Shown here piece by piece: positions 43,960 through 53,293 of a stretch of DNA of 61,232 bases. A model generated the notes under the pieces. The model made no database searches and had not been told where the DNA came from. It saw only the letters and a list, made by a program, of their open reading frames with translations. Source of the DNA: Chloroflexota bacterium (GTDB lineage Bacteria > Chloroflexota > UBA11872). Where the stretch lies: assembly GCA_047516685.1 (NCBI GenBank), contig JAKZUJ010000032.1, positions 1 to 61,232 on the forward strand, read 5' to 3'. Position 1 is the stretch's first letter. Every line of letters starts with the position of its first letter. The translations under genes and the position numbers were made by a program.

Positions 43960-46380
43960 TCAGGCGCGAGACGGCGTCAGCCGACGCAAGGGCCGACCGA
44001 TCATGCGGATGGCGATTCGCATACGTACGCGCCGCCAGGCTTTGTCAACCATTCGTCGCTCCGAACGTGAGATCTGCCGCCGGCCATATGTAGCGCGAAC
44101 ATACGTTGCCACAACAACCTCGGGTGGGGTCGGGAGATAGGTGGGCGCTGCTGTGCTGGTCACTGGGAAAAGCTCGGCAGCGAGCTGGCCCCCGAGCTCC
44201 GCCGGCGTGAATCCCGGTCGCGTATTGTACCCAGAGCGGGTGGCCCATCGCACCATCCGCTGGTAGCGCCGACTCACGGCTGCGCGGGGATTCTGCAGCC
44301 AGTCGCGCACGAGCGATCCGAGCAGGTAGAGCACTCCCAGCATCGCGAGCGTGCCGCCAGCCACGACCAGCGCCAGAATGGCGCCGCCCAGGTTGGCCAA
44401 GAATTCCTGAACTGGATTCAGTCCGTCGGATGGCTCCAGGGGCTGGAAATTGGACATGCCCATTTCCTCCAATTCATCGAGGAAATCATCGACCATCGAG
44501 AGATCGGCGGCCTCGGGATTGGGACCTCCGCTACCTTCAAATCCGTCGGCTGCGCCGCCGCGCACTTCGGGCGTTCTGAACCCTGACGGTTCGAAAAGCA
44601 CCCAGCCATACGTCGGGAAATACACCTCCACCCACGTATGCGAATCAGAGGGGTTCACGATGTAGCGTTGGGTAACCGGATCAAATGCGCCCAGGGCATA
44701 GCCTGAGGCCACTCGCGCCGGGATGCCCATGGCTCTGACTAAAACGGCCATGGTGGAGGCAATGAGCGTGGAATGCCCACGGCGCAGGTCAAAGAGAAAA
44801 AAGTCGGTCGCGTCGCGCTCCGGTGGCAGCGGTTCTGTTTCCTGCGCGAACGGGAAGCGCCGCATGAAGAACTCGGCGGCGCGGGCGCGGTCAACGGCCG
44901 TCTCTCCGGTGTCGGCCAGGCGGCTGGCAAACTCCAGCACGCGCGGTGGGACTTCTGGAAGTTCGATGTAACGCTGCGTCCAGGCCGGATAGGTAGTCGG
45001 CGCGGTGCGAAGCTGCTCGGTCGTAGCCGCCGCCAGCGTCGAGTCCACGGAATAGACAAGCCGCTGGCCAACGCGTCGGGTGGCGCGAATCGACGCATAG
45101 TCATCAATGGCGACGTCACGCTCCGCCACCTGCACCTGATACGGCCGATTGAGCCGCAGGACGTCGCCCGGCGCGAACAAAATGGCCGAATTCGAATCAA
45201 GAATCTCGATGTTCGAACGCGACGCGAGGCGCGACCGCAGGTTCAGGCTCTCGGTGAGCGGCTCGTTCGCCTTGCGTCCGTCCAATAGCCGAAGCGTGCT
45301 GCGCCAACCCTGCCCGGTGTAAGTGTCAAAGGTCTGACCGCGCCAGTACGAGGGCACCGTGCTCTCGATAATCAAGGTTTCCTTGCGCGCAAACGGCTCG
45401 GGTCCCCCCAGCGCCAGCGTCTCGCGTCCGGCCAGGGTGGAGCCCGACGGGTTCGTGACACCGCCGAACACGCGCTGGATGCCGGCTTCAACGTTGCCCC
45501 AACCGTCGCCCATATACGTCCAAAAGGCCTCGGCCAGCGGGTTGCCGCCGGCACGCGGCAGGACGAGTGCCAGAAACACCACGCCGGTAATCAGCAGGGC
45601 GCTCACGAGCAGAACCGTGGGCCCAAGCTCATCCGAGTAATCGGTGCGCGTGTCCTCCCATCTGGCTTCAAGCGAGGCCAGGCGCGTGTGCACGGTCAGC
45701 GCCAGGGCCGCAATCAGGAAAATCGCAAACGGCGCCCAGTCGGGTCCCACGTAGGTGACGTTGACCGCGATCGCCAGCGTGGCTGGCGCGACAGCCAGAA
45801 AGGCATTGCGCAACCGGAAAGCCGCCCAGGCCGCCGTGTACCCCATGCCCCAGGCGGCCATCGTCATCCAGAAAAGGAAGACCACGTTGTCGCGGCTGGC
45901 CTGGAAGGCAAAAGCAGCCTGGAACCAGGATTCGAGCCGGAAAAACAGGTCCTGCAGCAGCCCGGCGCTCTCGCCAACGGCCGAGGCCAGCGGCTGTTCG
46001 CGCACCAGGTTTCCGGCCTGCCGCAGCTGCACCCATTCCACCGTGTCGCCAAAGAGCAGCACGAAGTTCCGAATGCCGTCCAGGGGTCCGGGAAACGCCT
46101 CGGAGGCCACGATGTAGGCCACACCCAGGTCGCTGACCAGCCCGATCAGGATGATCCAGGACGACGCCAGGCTGCTGCGCGACAGTGCAAACCCAACGAG
46201 AATTGCCACTACCGCCACCGCCAGGAGCACCTCCGTGCCCGGCGCCCAGCCAACAGTGTGGATGCTGACAAGCGGGGCCAGCGTGGCCGTTGCTATCAGG
46301 ATCAGCGGCAGCCACGAGGTGCGGGGCAGTTGCAGGGCGCGCGCCAGCATACGTGGGCGGCTTGCGGCGGCTGCGGTCAT
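43960..46380 (-). CDS. TgpA-like membrane transglutaminase-domain protein (nucleophile Cys replaced by Ser)
   Basis: An N-terminal multi-TM region is followed by the core RRGHSTLIASTMAVLVRAMGIPARVASGY...DSHTWVEVYFPTYGWVLFEPS, a C-terminal TM and a DUF4129-like tail. Confidence 0.8.
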   Translation of the reverse strand: MTAAAASRPRMLARALQLPRTSWLPLILIATATLAPLVSIHTVGWAPGTEVLLAVAVVAILVGFALSRSSLASSWIILIGLVSDLGVAYIVASEAFPGPLDGIRNFVLLFGDTVEWVQLRQAGNLVREQPLASAVGESAGLLQDLFFRLESWFQAAFAFQASRDNVVFLFWMTMAAWGMGYTAAWAAFRLRNAFLAVAPATLAIAVNVTYVGPDWAPFAIFLIAALALTVHTRLASLEARWEDTRTDYSDELGPTVLLVSALLITGVVFLALVLPRAGGNPLAEAFWTYMGDGWGNVEAGIQRVFGGVTNPSGSTLAGRETLALGGPEPFARKETLIIESTVPSYWRGQTFDTYTGQGWRSTLRLLDGRKANEPLTESLNLRSRLASRSNIEILDSNSAILFAPGDVLRLNRPYQVQVAERDVAIDDYASIRATRRVGQRLVYSVDSTLAAATTEQLRTAPTTYPAWTQRYIELPEVPPRVLEFASRLADTGETAVDRARAAEFFMRRFPFAQETEPLPPERDATDFFLFDLRRGHSTLIASTMAVLVRAMGIPARVASGYALGAFDPVTQRYIVNPSDSHTWVEVYFPTYGWVLFEPSGFRTPEVRGGAADGFEGSGGPNPEAADLSMVDDFLDELEEMGMSNFQPLEPSDGLNPVQEFLANLGGAILALVVAGGTLAMLGVLYLLGSLVRDWLQNPRAAVSRRYQRMVRWATRSGYNTRPGFTPAELGGQLAAELFPVTSTAAPTYLPTPPEVVVATYVRATYGRRQISRSERRMVDKAWRRVRMRIAIRMIGRPLRRLTPSRA

Positions 46381-46387
46381 CCCGGCC

Positions 46388-47725
46388 TCACGCCGGAGCG
46401 AGCGTGACGGGCCGCCGCTGGGAGCGTTCTAACTCCGCGAGGTTACGGCCGTCCGCGCGGATCAATTCGAAGCGCATCCCCTGGTCGACGCCAACGAAAC
46501 CAATCCCGGCCGCGCCGGCCGCCTGGTTGAGTCCCGCGTTGGACTCTCCAGGGCCAAACGTGGAGGCGTCAATCGCGATGGCCAGCGGATAGATCGCGCG
46601 GTGGCCAAGCTGGGTGAGACTCGTGAGCCACCGCGCATCGGCCGAGGGCGTGATCGCGACCAGGCTCGTGCCGCGCCCCAGCCCAGCCGTGCTGGCGGAA
46701 AGGAAGTCATGAAACGGCGCCGTACCGGTGGCGTGCACGACCGCCAGCGTCTCCAGGATGCGCCACAGTTGCTTGAGGCCCTTCTGCGGCTCGATCAAGT
46801 GTCGCCCCTGGCGGCTCAGCGCAATGAACCCCACGGCCTTGTTGTCACGTACGAACTGATGGGCGAGCGACGAGACGATTTTGACGCCATATTCCTCGGT
46901 GGATTCATCGCCGTGTCCTGCCTGCACCGACCGGTCAAGGTCCAGCGCAATCCATAGATTGGCTGTTGGCTCCAGGTCGAACTCCTTGACCAGGAGCTGC
47001 TCGCGCCGCGCGCTGGAGAGCCAGTGGATGCGCTTGAGCGGGTCGCCGGGCTGGAACTCTCGCAGCCCCCCCGCATCCGATGTGACCTGGTGGGTTCGGA
47101 TAGACGAGCGTGAAGTGCCCACCATCGACCCGGCGGGGATTTCCACGTCGGCCATGACTGAGATCGGTGGATAGACCACGATCGTGCTCCGGACGTCGAG
47201 CCGCCGCTCCGAGGCGAAGATTCCAAACGGATCGCCAATGCGAAGATCCGTCGGTCCGAGACCGTAGAGTCCGCGACGGTTGGCGGTGCCTCGCGAAGTC
47301 CAGCGCTTGCGCTGGCGCGGCCCCAGGCTTTCGGCAACGGACGCCTGGTAGCCGGGCAGTTCCGAGTGGTCGTCGACTTCCACGAGCAGGATCGGCAGAC
47401 GGCTGGTATTAACGAGCTCAAAGTCCTCCTGAACGTCGTCGCCCACGGTGAATTGATGTCCGCGCAGCCGTCGGCGTAGCTCCAACGAACGCGCCGCGTT
47501 GCGGGTCCACACGTACGAAAGGATGACGAGACCACCGAGCGCGTAAAGCAGCCAGTAGGCGATGGGGGACGTCGTGACCATGGCGGCCACCACCAGCACG
47601 CCCAGCAAAATGACGATTGACGGCCGCTGGAGGCTTACTGACGGTCCAGCTTCGGACGGCGCGTTTGCCAAAGGGCCTCCACCGCCCGTCTCAGCGCCTG
47701 GTTCGTACCCAGACGACACTGCCAA
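46388..47725 (-). CDS. DUF58 domain protein
   Basis: Two N-terminal TM segments, then GDPFGIF, REFQPGDPLKRIHWLSSARREQLLVKEFDLEP. This is the usual DUF58 signature and the usual partner of TgpA. The TTG start is uncertain. Confidence 0.8.
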   Translation of the reverse strand: MAVSSGYEPGAETGGGGPLANAPSEAGPSVSLQRPSIVILLGVLVVAAMVTTSPIAYWLLYALGGLVILSYVWTRNAARSLELRRRLRGHQFTVGDDVQEDFELVNTSRLPILLVEVDDHSELPGYQASVAESLGPRQRKRWTSRGTANRRGLYGLGPTDLRIGDPFGIFASERRLDVRSTIVVYPPISVMADVEIPAGSMVGTSRSSIRTHQVTSDAGGLREFQPGDPLKRIHWLSSARREQLLVKEFDLEPTANLWIALDLDRSVQAGHGDESTEEYGVKIVSSLAHQFVRDNKAVGFIALSRQGRHLIEPQKGLKQLWRILETLAVVHATGTAPFHDFLSASTAGLGRGTSLVAITPSADARWLTSLTQLGHRAIYPLAIAIDASTFGPGESNAGLNQAAGAAGIGFVGVDQGMRFELIRADGRNLAELERSQRRPVTLAPA

Positions 47726-47857
47726 GTTCGATCAGTATGCGCGGTACGGCGCGCGCCCGCCTAGGCGGGTGGTCCGAAAGTCGCCCGAACACGCGGCCCA
47801 TCCCGCATGAAACCGCGATCGATGCCGCGCGTGCACATCCGGAACCAGGTGCGTCGG

Positions 47858-48913
47858 CTACGCCGCCAGACCAAACCCCTTCATCACGGCGCCTACGATC
47901 GCCCCAGCCAGAATCAGCCAGAGCGAGTTGATCTTGGTCAAAATCAGGACGGCCAGGGCCGCAAGCGCTACCAGGATCGTTGGAACGTCGACAAGGGCCG
48001 ATCGGCCAAGGAACACGGTCACTAGCGTCATCAAACCCACTGCCGCGGCGTTGACGGCGTCCAGAATTGGGGCGGTGATGCTGGATGCGCGCAACCGCTT
48101 GACCTGCGAGTGAATCGCGGCCACGAACACGAACGATGGCAGGAAGATGGCGACGGTGGCAACGATGGCGCCAGGCACGCCCGCGAGCAGGAACCCGATG
48201 AATGTCGCGGTGGTAAATACGGGGCCGGGCGTGACTTGCCCAATCGCCACGGCGTCCAGCAGCTGTGTTTCCGTCAGCCAACCCAGCCGATCCACGAAAT
48301 CGGCACGCAGAAACGCGAGCAGTACGTAGCCGCTGCCGTAGAGCACTGCGCCTATCTTCAGAAATAGCAATGCCATGCCGACAAGGCTGAATGTTGCCGG
48401 CGCCGCGGCGGCCAGGTTCAGAGTTGCCAGCGGCGCGAACATCACGCCGGAGATGCGTCCTGTTAGCCAGCGCGGACGTTGGAGCACAGCGCCAACGGCG
48501 CCACCACCGAAGAGGAGCAGGAGCTCGTTAACTCCCAGCAGCCCCAAGGCGATGACTGCGGCTGCCACCAGCCCGGTTTGCCAACGACGCACAATCACGC
48601 GCCCCAGACCCCAGATGGCCTGCGCCACGATCGCGATGACGACCGGCTTGACCCCGTACAGCACCCAGGTCACCGCCGGCGTCGATCCGAACTCGACATA
48701 AACCCACGCGAGTACCGAGACCATCACCGCGGCCGGCGCGATGAACGCAATGCCGGCGCCCGCAAGTCCCCGCCAGCCGGCCCGCTCGCGTCCCAGATGA
48801 ATCGCCATCTCGGTGGAATTGGGCCCGGGGATCAGGTTCGTGACGCCCAGCAGATCGAGAAACCGACGGTCGGTCAACCAGCGACGGCGCGTTACGAACT
48901 CATGCCGCATCAT
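47858..48913 (-). CDS. chrA: Chromate ion transporter (CHR family)
   Basis: RRRWLTDRRFLDLLGVTNLIPGPNSTEMA and a second repeat, TETQLLDAVAIGQVTPGPVFTTATFIG. Conserved N-terminal sequence (LRLGLTAFGGPAAHIA) continues in frame upstream of the first canonical start (see findings). Confidence 0.85.
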   Translation of the reverse strand: MMRHEFVTRRRWLTDRRFLDLLGVTNLIPGPNSTEMAIHLGRERAGWRGLAGAGIAFIAPAAVMVSVLAWVYVEFGSTPAVTWVLYGVKPVVIAIVAQAIWGLGRVIVRRWQTGLVAAAVIALGLLGVNELLLLFGGGAVGAVLQRPRWLTGRISGVMFAPLATLNLAAAAPATFSLVGMALLFLKIGAVLYGSGYVLLAFLRADFVDRLGWLTETQLLDAVAIGQVTPGPVFTTATFIGFLLAGVPGAIVATVAIFLPSFVFVAAIHSQVKRLRASSITAPILDAVNAAAVGLMTLVTVFLGRSALVDVPTILVALAALAVLILTKINSLWLILAGAIVGAVMKGFGLAA

Positions 48914-49069
48914 GGCAATGTGGGCCGCCGGGCCCCCGAAAGCGGTGAGGCCCAGGCGCAGGAATATCAGCGTGATCGCTAGCGGGCGTTCGATGCGCTC
49001 GGTCCTGGAATTTTGAAGTCGCCGAATTCATTGCCCGATTGCGCCGCATTCTGCACTAAGCTCTATGTC

Positions 49070-49624
49070 ATGGATGCGGCGATGACTTTCGGCAGTCGAC
49101 GGCTGCGGTCGGGCCTGGCCACGCTAACGCTATTGGTGGTTGGCCTTGCGGCCCTGGCCTGCAGCGGCAGCATGGAAACTTTGGCCACCCCAACGCCTAC
49201 CCCCGAGCTCAAGTTTGAAATTGAGACGGAGGAGGTTGGCCCCAGCCGCACGAACGTCATTCTGATTGTCACAAACATCGGACTGACGGACGTGCTGCTC
49301 GAAACTTCCCTGACGCTTCCGGAAAGTGCGGGATCGGACCGTGACTACAGCCCCACGACGCGCGCGACGATCACCAACGAAGGCGGGCGCGAGGTTGGCG
49401 GCAGGGCGCGCGAGTCCAAGACCCTGACCTGGGTGCCCGAACGGCTGCGGGCCGGCGTCACCCTGCGCTGGGAGTCGGCCTTGCGCTGCCTCGTCGAGGA
49501 ACCGATGCGGGTTTCCGCCCGGCTCACGTCCGTTGAGGTTGGAAATGTTCGCGAGGCGCACTTCGACGATTTAACCAACGAAGCCGAGGTGACCTGCCCG
49601 CCGCCGCGTCGACCGGGGAGCTAG
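49070..49624 (+). CDS. Hypothetical lipoprotein
   Basis: ATG 49070 within ORF 49013..49624. LATLTLLVVGLAALACSG gives a signal plus lipobox. The body is unassigned. Confidence 0.55.
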   Translation: MDAAMTFGSRRLRSGLATLTLLVVGLAALACSGSMETLATPTPTPELKFEIETEEVGPSRTNVILIVTNIGLTDVLLETSLTLPESAGSDRDYSPTTRATITNEGGREVGGRARESKTLTWVPERLRAGVTLRWESALRCLVEEPMRVSARLTSVEVGNVREAHFDDLTNEAEVTCPPPRRPGS

Positions 49625-50349
49625 CTGCCCGGAACGGCCGGCACGACGATCTGGGGCCGCGACGGCAGGTCCTCGGGACGCAGCGCAATTTCGGTTTCAG
49701 CGAGTCGCCGCACCTCACGGCCAACCAGGAATCCAGTCTCCGCCAGCGGCGAGGTTGGATGTCCGGGCAGTCGCGATGTCCGGTAGTGGATGGGAATCGT
49801 GAGCGCTGGTCGAATCTCGTCCATCGTTGCGGCCGCGGTCTCGCCGTCAATCGTGTAGAAGCCGCCGACCGGAATGAGCAATACCTGATGTCCGCGACAT
49901 TGGGCCAGCAGGTTGGTGTCCAGCCGGTGTCCCAGGTCGCCCAGATGCAGGATGCGAAGCCCACCGACTTCAACCGACATCAGCGCGGTGCGCCCGCGTA
50001 ATTCGCCGTGGGCCTCATCGTGGAAAGCTCCGCCGATCATCGTCAGGGTCACGTCCCCTAACGTCACGGTTCCCGGATGCCAGCCGCTCGCCGAGATTCC
50101 GCGGACGACCTTGGGGGCGCCCGATGCCAGCGCCACATTGTTGTGGTCGGCATGCTCGTGGCTGACCCCGATCAGATCGATCGGCGGAAGTTCGGGCACG
50201 GGATAGCCGAGTTCGGCGTGGAACGGGTCCAGCAGCAGCTGCACGCCAGCGGGGCTGCTCAGCAAGAAGGTTGCGTGGCCCAACCAGCGCAATCGGGTGG
50301 GCTCAGCGTCGGTCGCGGCATCGGGTTGGGCTGGAAGTTCAGATCTCAC
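49621..50349 (-). CDS. MBL-fold metallo-hydrolase
   Basis: LRWLGHATFLL and VSHEHADHNNV (HxHxDH). The start is set at GTG 50349 because the longer ORF would run far into recR. Confidence 0.75.
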   Translation of the reverse strand: MRSELPAQPDAATDAEPTRLRWLGHATFLLSSPAGVQLLLDPFHAELGYPVPELPPIDLIGVSHEHADHNNVALASGAPKVVRGISASGWHPGTVTLGDVTLTMIGGAFHDEAHGELRGRTALMSVEVGGLRILHLGDLGHRLDTNLLAQCRGHQVLLIPVGGFYTIDGETAAATMDEIRPALTIPIHYRTSRLPGHPTSPLAETGFLVGREVRRLAETEIALRPEDLPSRPQIVVPAVPGS

Positions 50350-50941
50350 GACGTCCCTCCAGCGCCTGGGCGATTGTTGCCGCGTCAACGTACTCGATGT
50401 CCCCGCCGGTCGCGAGCCCTCGCGCCAGGCGGGTGACCCGGATGTCCAGATCGCTGAGTCGCTGGCGGATTTCCATGGCCGTGGCATCGCCTTCTATGGT
50501 CGCGTTGGTCGCCACCACAATCTCGCCGATGCCCTCGCGTCCGGCGCGACGGACCAGCAGGTCGATCGTGAGATCGTCCGGTCCTACGCCCTCCAGCGGT
50601 GAAATGGCGCCGTGCAGCACGTGATAGAGGCCGCTAAACCCTCCCGAGTTCTCAACGGCCACCAGGTCGAGCGGATCCTCGACCACGCAGATCAACGCGC
50701 TGTTCCGCGTGGGATCCTGGCAGATCGCGCACGGGTCTCCATCAGCAAAGTTCCGGCAACGCGTGCAGGTTTGAATGCCCTCGTGCAGCGACGAGATTAC
50801 CGTTCCGAGCGTGCGTGCCTGGCTTGACGACCCGCGCAGCAGAAAGAACGCCAATCGCTGCGCGGTCTTTGTGCCGATCGTCGGCAGCCGTGCCAGCTCC
50901 TCAATCAGCCGCGTGACCGCGCGCGGGAGCGGGTCAGCCAC
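50339..50941 (-). CDS. recR: Recombination protein RecR
   Basis: LIEELARLPTIGTKTAQRLAF (HhH), a CTRC...CAIC zinc finger and a Toprim region (VVEDPLDLVAVE). Confidence 0.9.
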   Translation of the reverse strand: MADPLPRAVTRLIEELARLPTIGTKTAQRLAFFLLRGSSSQARTLGTVISSLHEGIQTCTRCRNFADGDPCAICQDPTRNSALICVVEDPLDLVAVENSGGFSGLYHVLHGAISPLEGVGPDDLTIDLLVRRAGREGIGEIVVATNATIEGDATAMEIRQRLSDLDIRVTRLARGLATGGDIEYVDAATIAQALEGRREI

Positions 50942-50944
50942 GCG

Positions 50945-51241
50945 CTAGCCGAGGCCCGGAATATTCAGCCCGCCGGTCAACCCGCCCAGTTTGCTCTTTG
51001 CCAGCGCCTGCGACTGCTCAATGGCGTCGTTCACTGCCACCATGAGCATGTCGGCCAGCAATTCGGCATCCTCGGGATCAACGGCTGACGGGTCGATGTC
51101 GATCGAGACGATCCGCTGGTCGCCGGTGGCAACCACCGTAATTGCGCCACCGCCCGCCGATGCCTCAACGGTCATTTCCTGTAATTCGTTCTGAACCTTT
51201 TCCATCTGCTTCTGAAACTGCCGGAACATTTTCATCGACAT
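50945..51241 (-). CDS. ybaB: Nucleoid-associated protein YbaB/EbfC
   Basis: MFRQFQKQMEKVQNELQEMTVEASAGGGAITVVATGDQRIVSIDIDP... is the classic YbaB sequence. It sits between dnaX and recR. Confidence 0.9.
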   Translation of the reverse strand: MSMKMFRQFQKQMEKVQNELQEMTVEASAGGGAITVVATGDQRIVSIDIDPSAVDPEDAELLADMLMVAVNDAIEQSQALAKSKLGGLTGGLNIPGLG

Positions 51242-51244
51242 GGG

Positions 51245-52924
51245 TCAATCTCCCTGGTTGGAACTGCCGGTGAGGGGCGTGGCCCCATACTCGCGCATCG
51301 CCACGCGTACCACCGGATCATCGTCGACCGCTGTCCTGGCGGAACGGGGTCTGCCTGGCGCCGAAACGTTACGTTGTTCATTTCGAACCTGGATCGGACG
51401 ACCAAGCACGTGCGAAAGCGCCCGGGCTACCTGGCGCAGCGCGTCGGGCTGCTGGACACGGTCGAACAGGAACCTGCTGCGGTACCCCAAAGTCACGGTG
51501 CCGTCGGCGAAGTCCACGACCTCGGCTTCGCCCGCGTAGGGAGCGATTTCGCGCGATTCCTGGCGGATCTCCGACACCCACTCGTCCTTGCGAGCTGCAA
51601 TTATGGCTGCGGAGAGTTCGCCGTCGCTGGTGGCGGCGTGCCGCGTGGGGGCGACCGGAGGCGGCTGAGGCGGCACTTCGGTTGGGACGGCCGGCGAATC
51701 AGCCACGCGCGCCGGCGGTGATGTAGGACGGACGACTTCGCGGGCCTGGCTGGTAGCCGGTGACGCTGTCGGCGCCTCCAAGGGATCAGTGATGGCGAGC
51801 ACGGCTCGCGCGAACGCCAGCTCGAGTTCCAGCGTGGCGTCCACCCCGGTTCGCGACGGCGGATCTGGCTCCGCGAATACTTCCAGCGTGCGCACGATGT
51901 CGCGCAGACTCGAGCCCGCCGTGCGCTGACTGAGTTCGAAGGCCTCGTCCTCGGTCAGGTGACCCACGGCGCTTGTGTCGGGACTGGTCTTCATAATCAA
52001 TATGTCGCGAAGGATGTCGATGATCTGCTGGCGCAGGGTGTTGGGACTGGTGCCGTCGTCAATGGCCTTTCCAATCGCCTGCAAACCAGCGGCGGCGTCG
52101 CCGTCGATCAGCCGCCCCAGCAGTTGAATCACGGCGTCCCGCCCAGTCAATCCCAGCATGGAATTCACGGCGTCGGCCGTGACGTTGTTGTCGCTGTACG
52201 CCAGCGCCTGGTCCAGCAGGCTCACGGCGTCGCGCGCGCTGCCGCCGGCATTGCGAGCCAGCGTGTGCAATGCGGCTTCGTCGATCTGGGCGCCCTCGGC
52301 TTCAGCGATGGCGCGGAGTTGCGTCGTGAGTTCCAGCACCCCTATGCGGCGAAACGTCAGGTGCTGGGTACGCGACCGGATTGTGGCCGGCACACGGTGC
52401 GGCTCGGTTGTCGCCAGCACAAACAGCGTCTGCGGCGGCGGTTCCTCCAGCGTCTTCAGTAGCGCGTCCTTCGCGGGCGGCGAAAGCTGGTGGACCTCGT
52501 CGATGATGTACACGCGGTAGCGCCCTGCCCCCGGAGCGAACTGGGTGAGCTCCCGAATCTCGCGAATGTCGTCAATGCCGCGGTGGGAAGCCGCGTCCAT
52601 TTCGATCAGGTCCAGGAACGATCCGTTGGCGATCGCCTTGCAGTGATCGCATCTGCCGCAGGTTTCCGCCTGGATGCCCTCCAGGCAGTTCACGGCCTTG
52701 GCGAGCAGGCGGGCCGCGGTGGTCTTGCCCGTGCCACGTTCGCCCGAGAACAGGTAGGCATGGCTGAGGCGGTTGTGGACCAGTGCATTCTGGAGCGTGC
52801 GTACCACGTGCTCCTGGCCAACCAACTCGTCGAACCTCTGCGGTCGGTAGCGGTTGTAGAGAGCCTGAAACGACGGCGGACGCGACGCGGCCACGGGAGC
52901 CTCCCGGCGTGACGTAAGCGCCAT
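51245..52924 (-). CDS. dnaX: DNA polymerase III subunit gamma/tau
   Basis: YNRYRPQRFDELVGQEHV, GERGTGKTT (Walker A), a CxxC...CxxC zinc module and YIIDEVHQLS. Confidence 0.9.
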   Translation of the reverse strand: MALTSRREAPVAASRPPSFQALYNRYRPQRFDELVGQEHVVRTLQNALVHNRLSHAYLFSGERGTGKTTAARLLAKAVNCLEGIQAETCGRCDHCKAIANGSFLDLIEMDAASHRGIDDIREIRELTQFAPGAGRYRVYIIDEVHQLSPPAKDALLKTLEEPPPQTLFVLATTEPHRVPATIRSRTQHLTFRRIGVLELTTQLRAIAEAEGAQIDEAALHTLARNAGGSARDAVSLLDQALAYSDNNVTADAVNSMLGLTGRDAVIQLLGRLIDGDAAAGLQAIGKAIDDGTSPNTLRQQIIDILRDILIMKTSPDTSAVGHLTEDEAFELSQRTAGSSLRDIVRTLEVFAEPDPPSRTGVDATLELELAFARAVLAITDPLEAPTASPATSQAREVVRPTSPPARVADSPAVPTEVPPQPPPVAPTRHAATSDGELSAAIIAARKDEWVSEIRQESREIAPYAGEAEVVDFADGTVTLGYRSRFLFDRVQQPDALRQVARALSHVLGRPIQVRNEQRNVSAPGRPRSARTAVDDDPVVRVAMREYGATPLTGSSNQGD

Positions 52925-52934
52925 GATAGGGATT

Positions 52935-53207
52935 GAGGCCGCGCACCCGCCGTCGAACCGACCAGCAACGCCTTACCGTCGGGCCGCGGCTCCGGCCAGG
53001 TGGACTCGCGGCGCCCGAAGGGGGCTTCGTACCGCTGCTTCCTCTCGGACCTGACGGGGTTGGAAGGCCTTCGTCGCACGAGGCCCGGCGTTCAATACCG
53101 AGCGTCGGCGGCAGACACATTGCGGACGACCCTCAGGCGGGAATTCAGCCCGCTATAGCGGATTGCGGCTGAAGGGCACCGCTAACTCCCCACCTAGCGC
53201 GGCCTCC
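52935..53207 (-). ncRNA. ffs: Signal recognition particle RNA, long (Bacillus-type, Alu-domain-containing) form
   Basis: The minus strand carries the domain-IV core CCCGUCAGGUCCGAGAGGAAGCAGC (plus-strand 53033-53058). It also carries a 5' Alu-like segment, GGUGGGGAGUUAGCGGUGCCCUUCAGCCGCAAUCCGCUAUAGCGGGCUGAAU, closely resembling B. subtilis scRNA as I recall it. The terminal GGCCGCGC/GCGCGGCC segments can pair. It lies immediately upstream of dnaX, as in Firmicutes. Ends are approximate. Confidence 0.8.
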
Positions 53208-53293
53208 TGTCGATGGTGGCACGCGCCTCCGAGCCGGTCAATGGCGGCCTGACTACGCCGCTGGGCCACACCCGCGGACGCGCGATCACTAGA

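Noticed and set aside
47726-47857. Expected MoxR AAA+ ATPase gene upstream of DUF58.
   Set aside because: The spacer is only 132 bp with no ORF, and ChrA follows. The absence is reported as part of the TgpA finding rather than as a feature.
51245-52924. Programmed frameshift or slippage site in dnaX (tau/gamma).
   Set aside because: I saw no A-rich slippery run (A AAA AAG or poly-A) in the coding strand, so I cannot support it from sequence.
52572-53120. 182-aa and 129-aa minus-strand ORFs upstream of dnaX.
   Set aside because: They overlap the SRP RNA gene and have Arg/Pro-rich nonsense composition.
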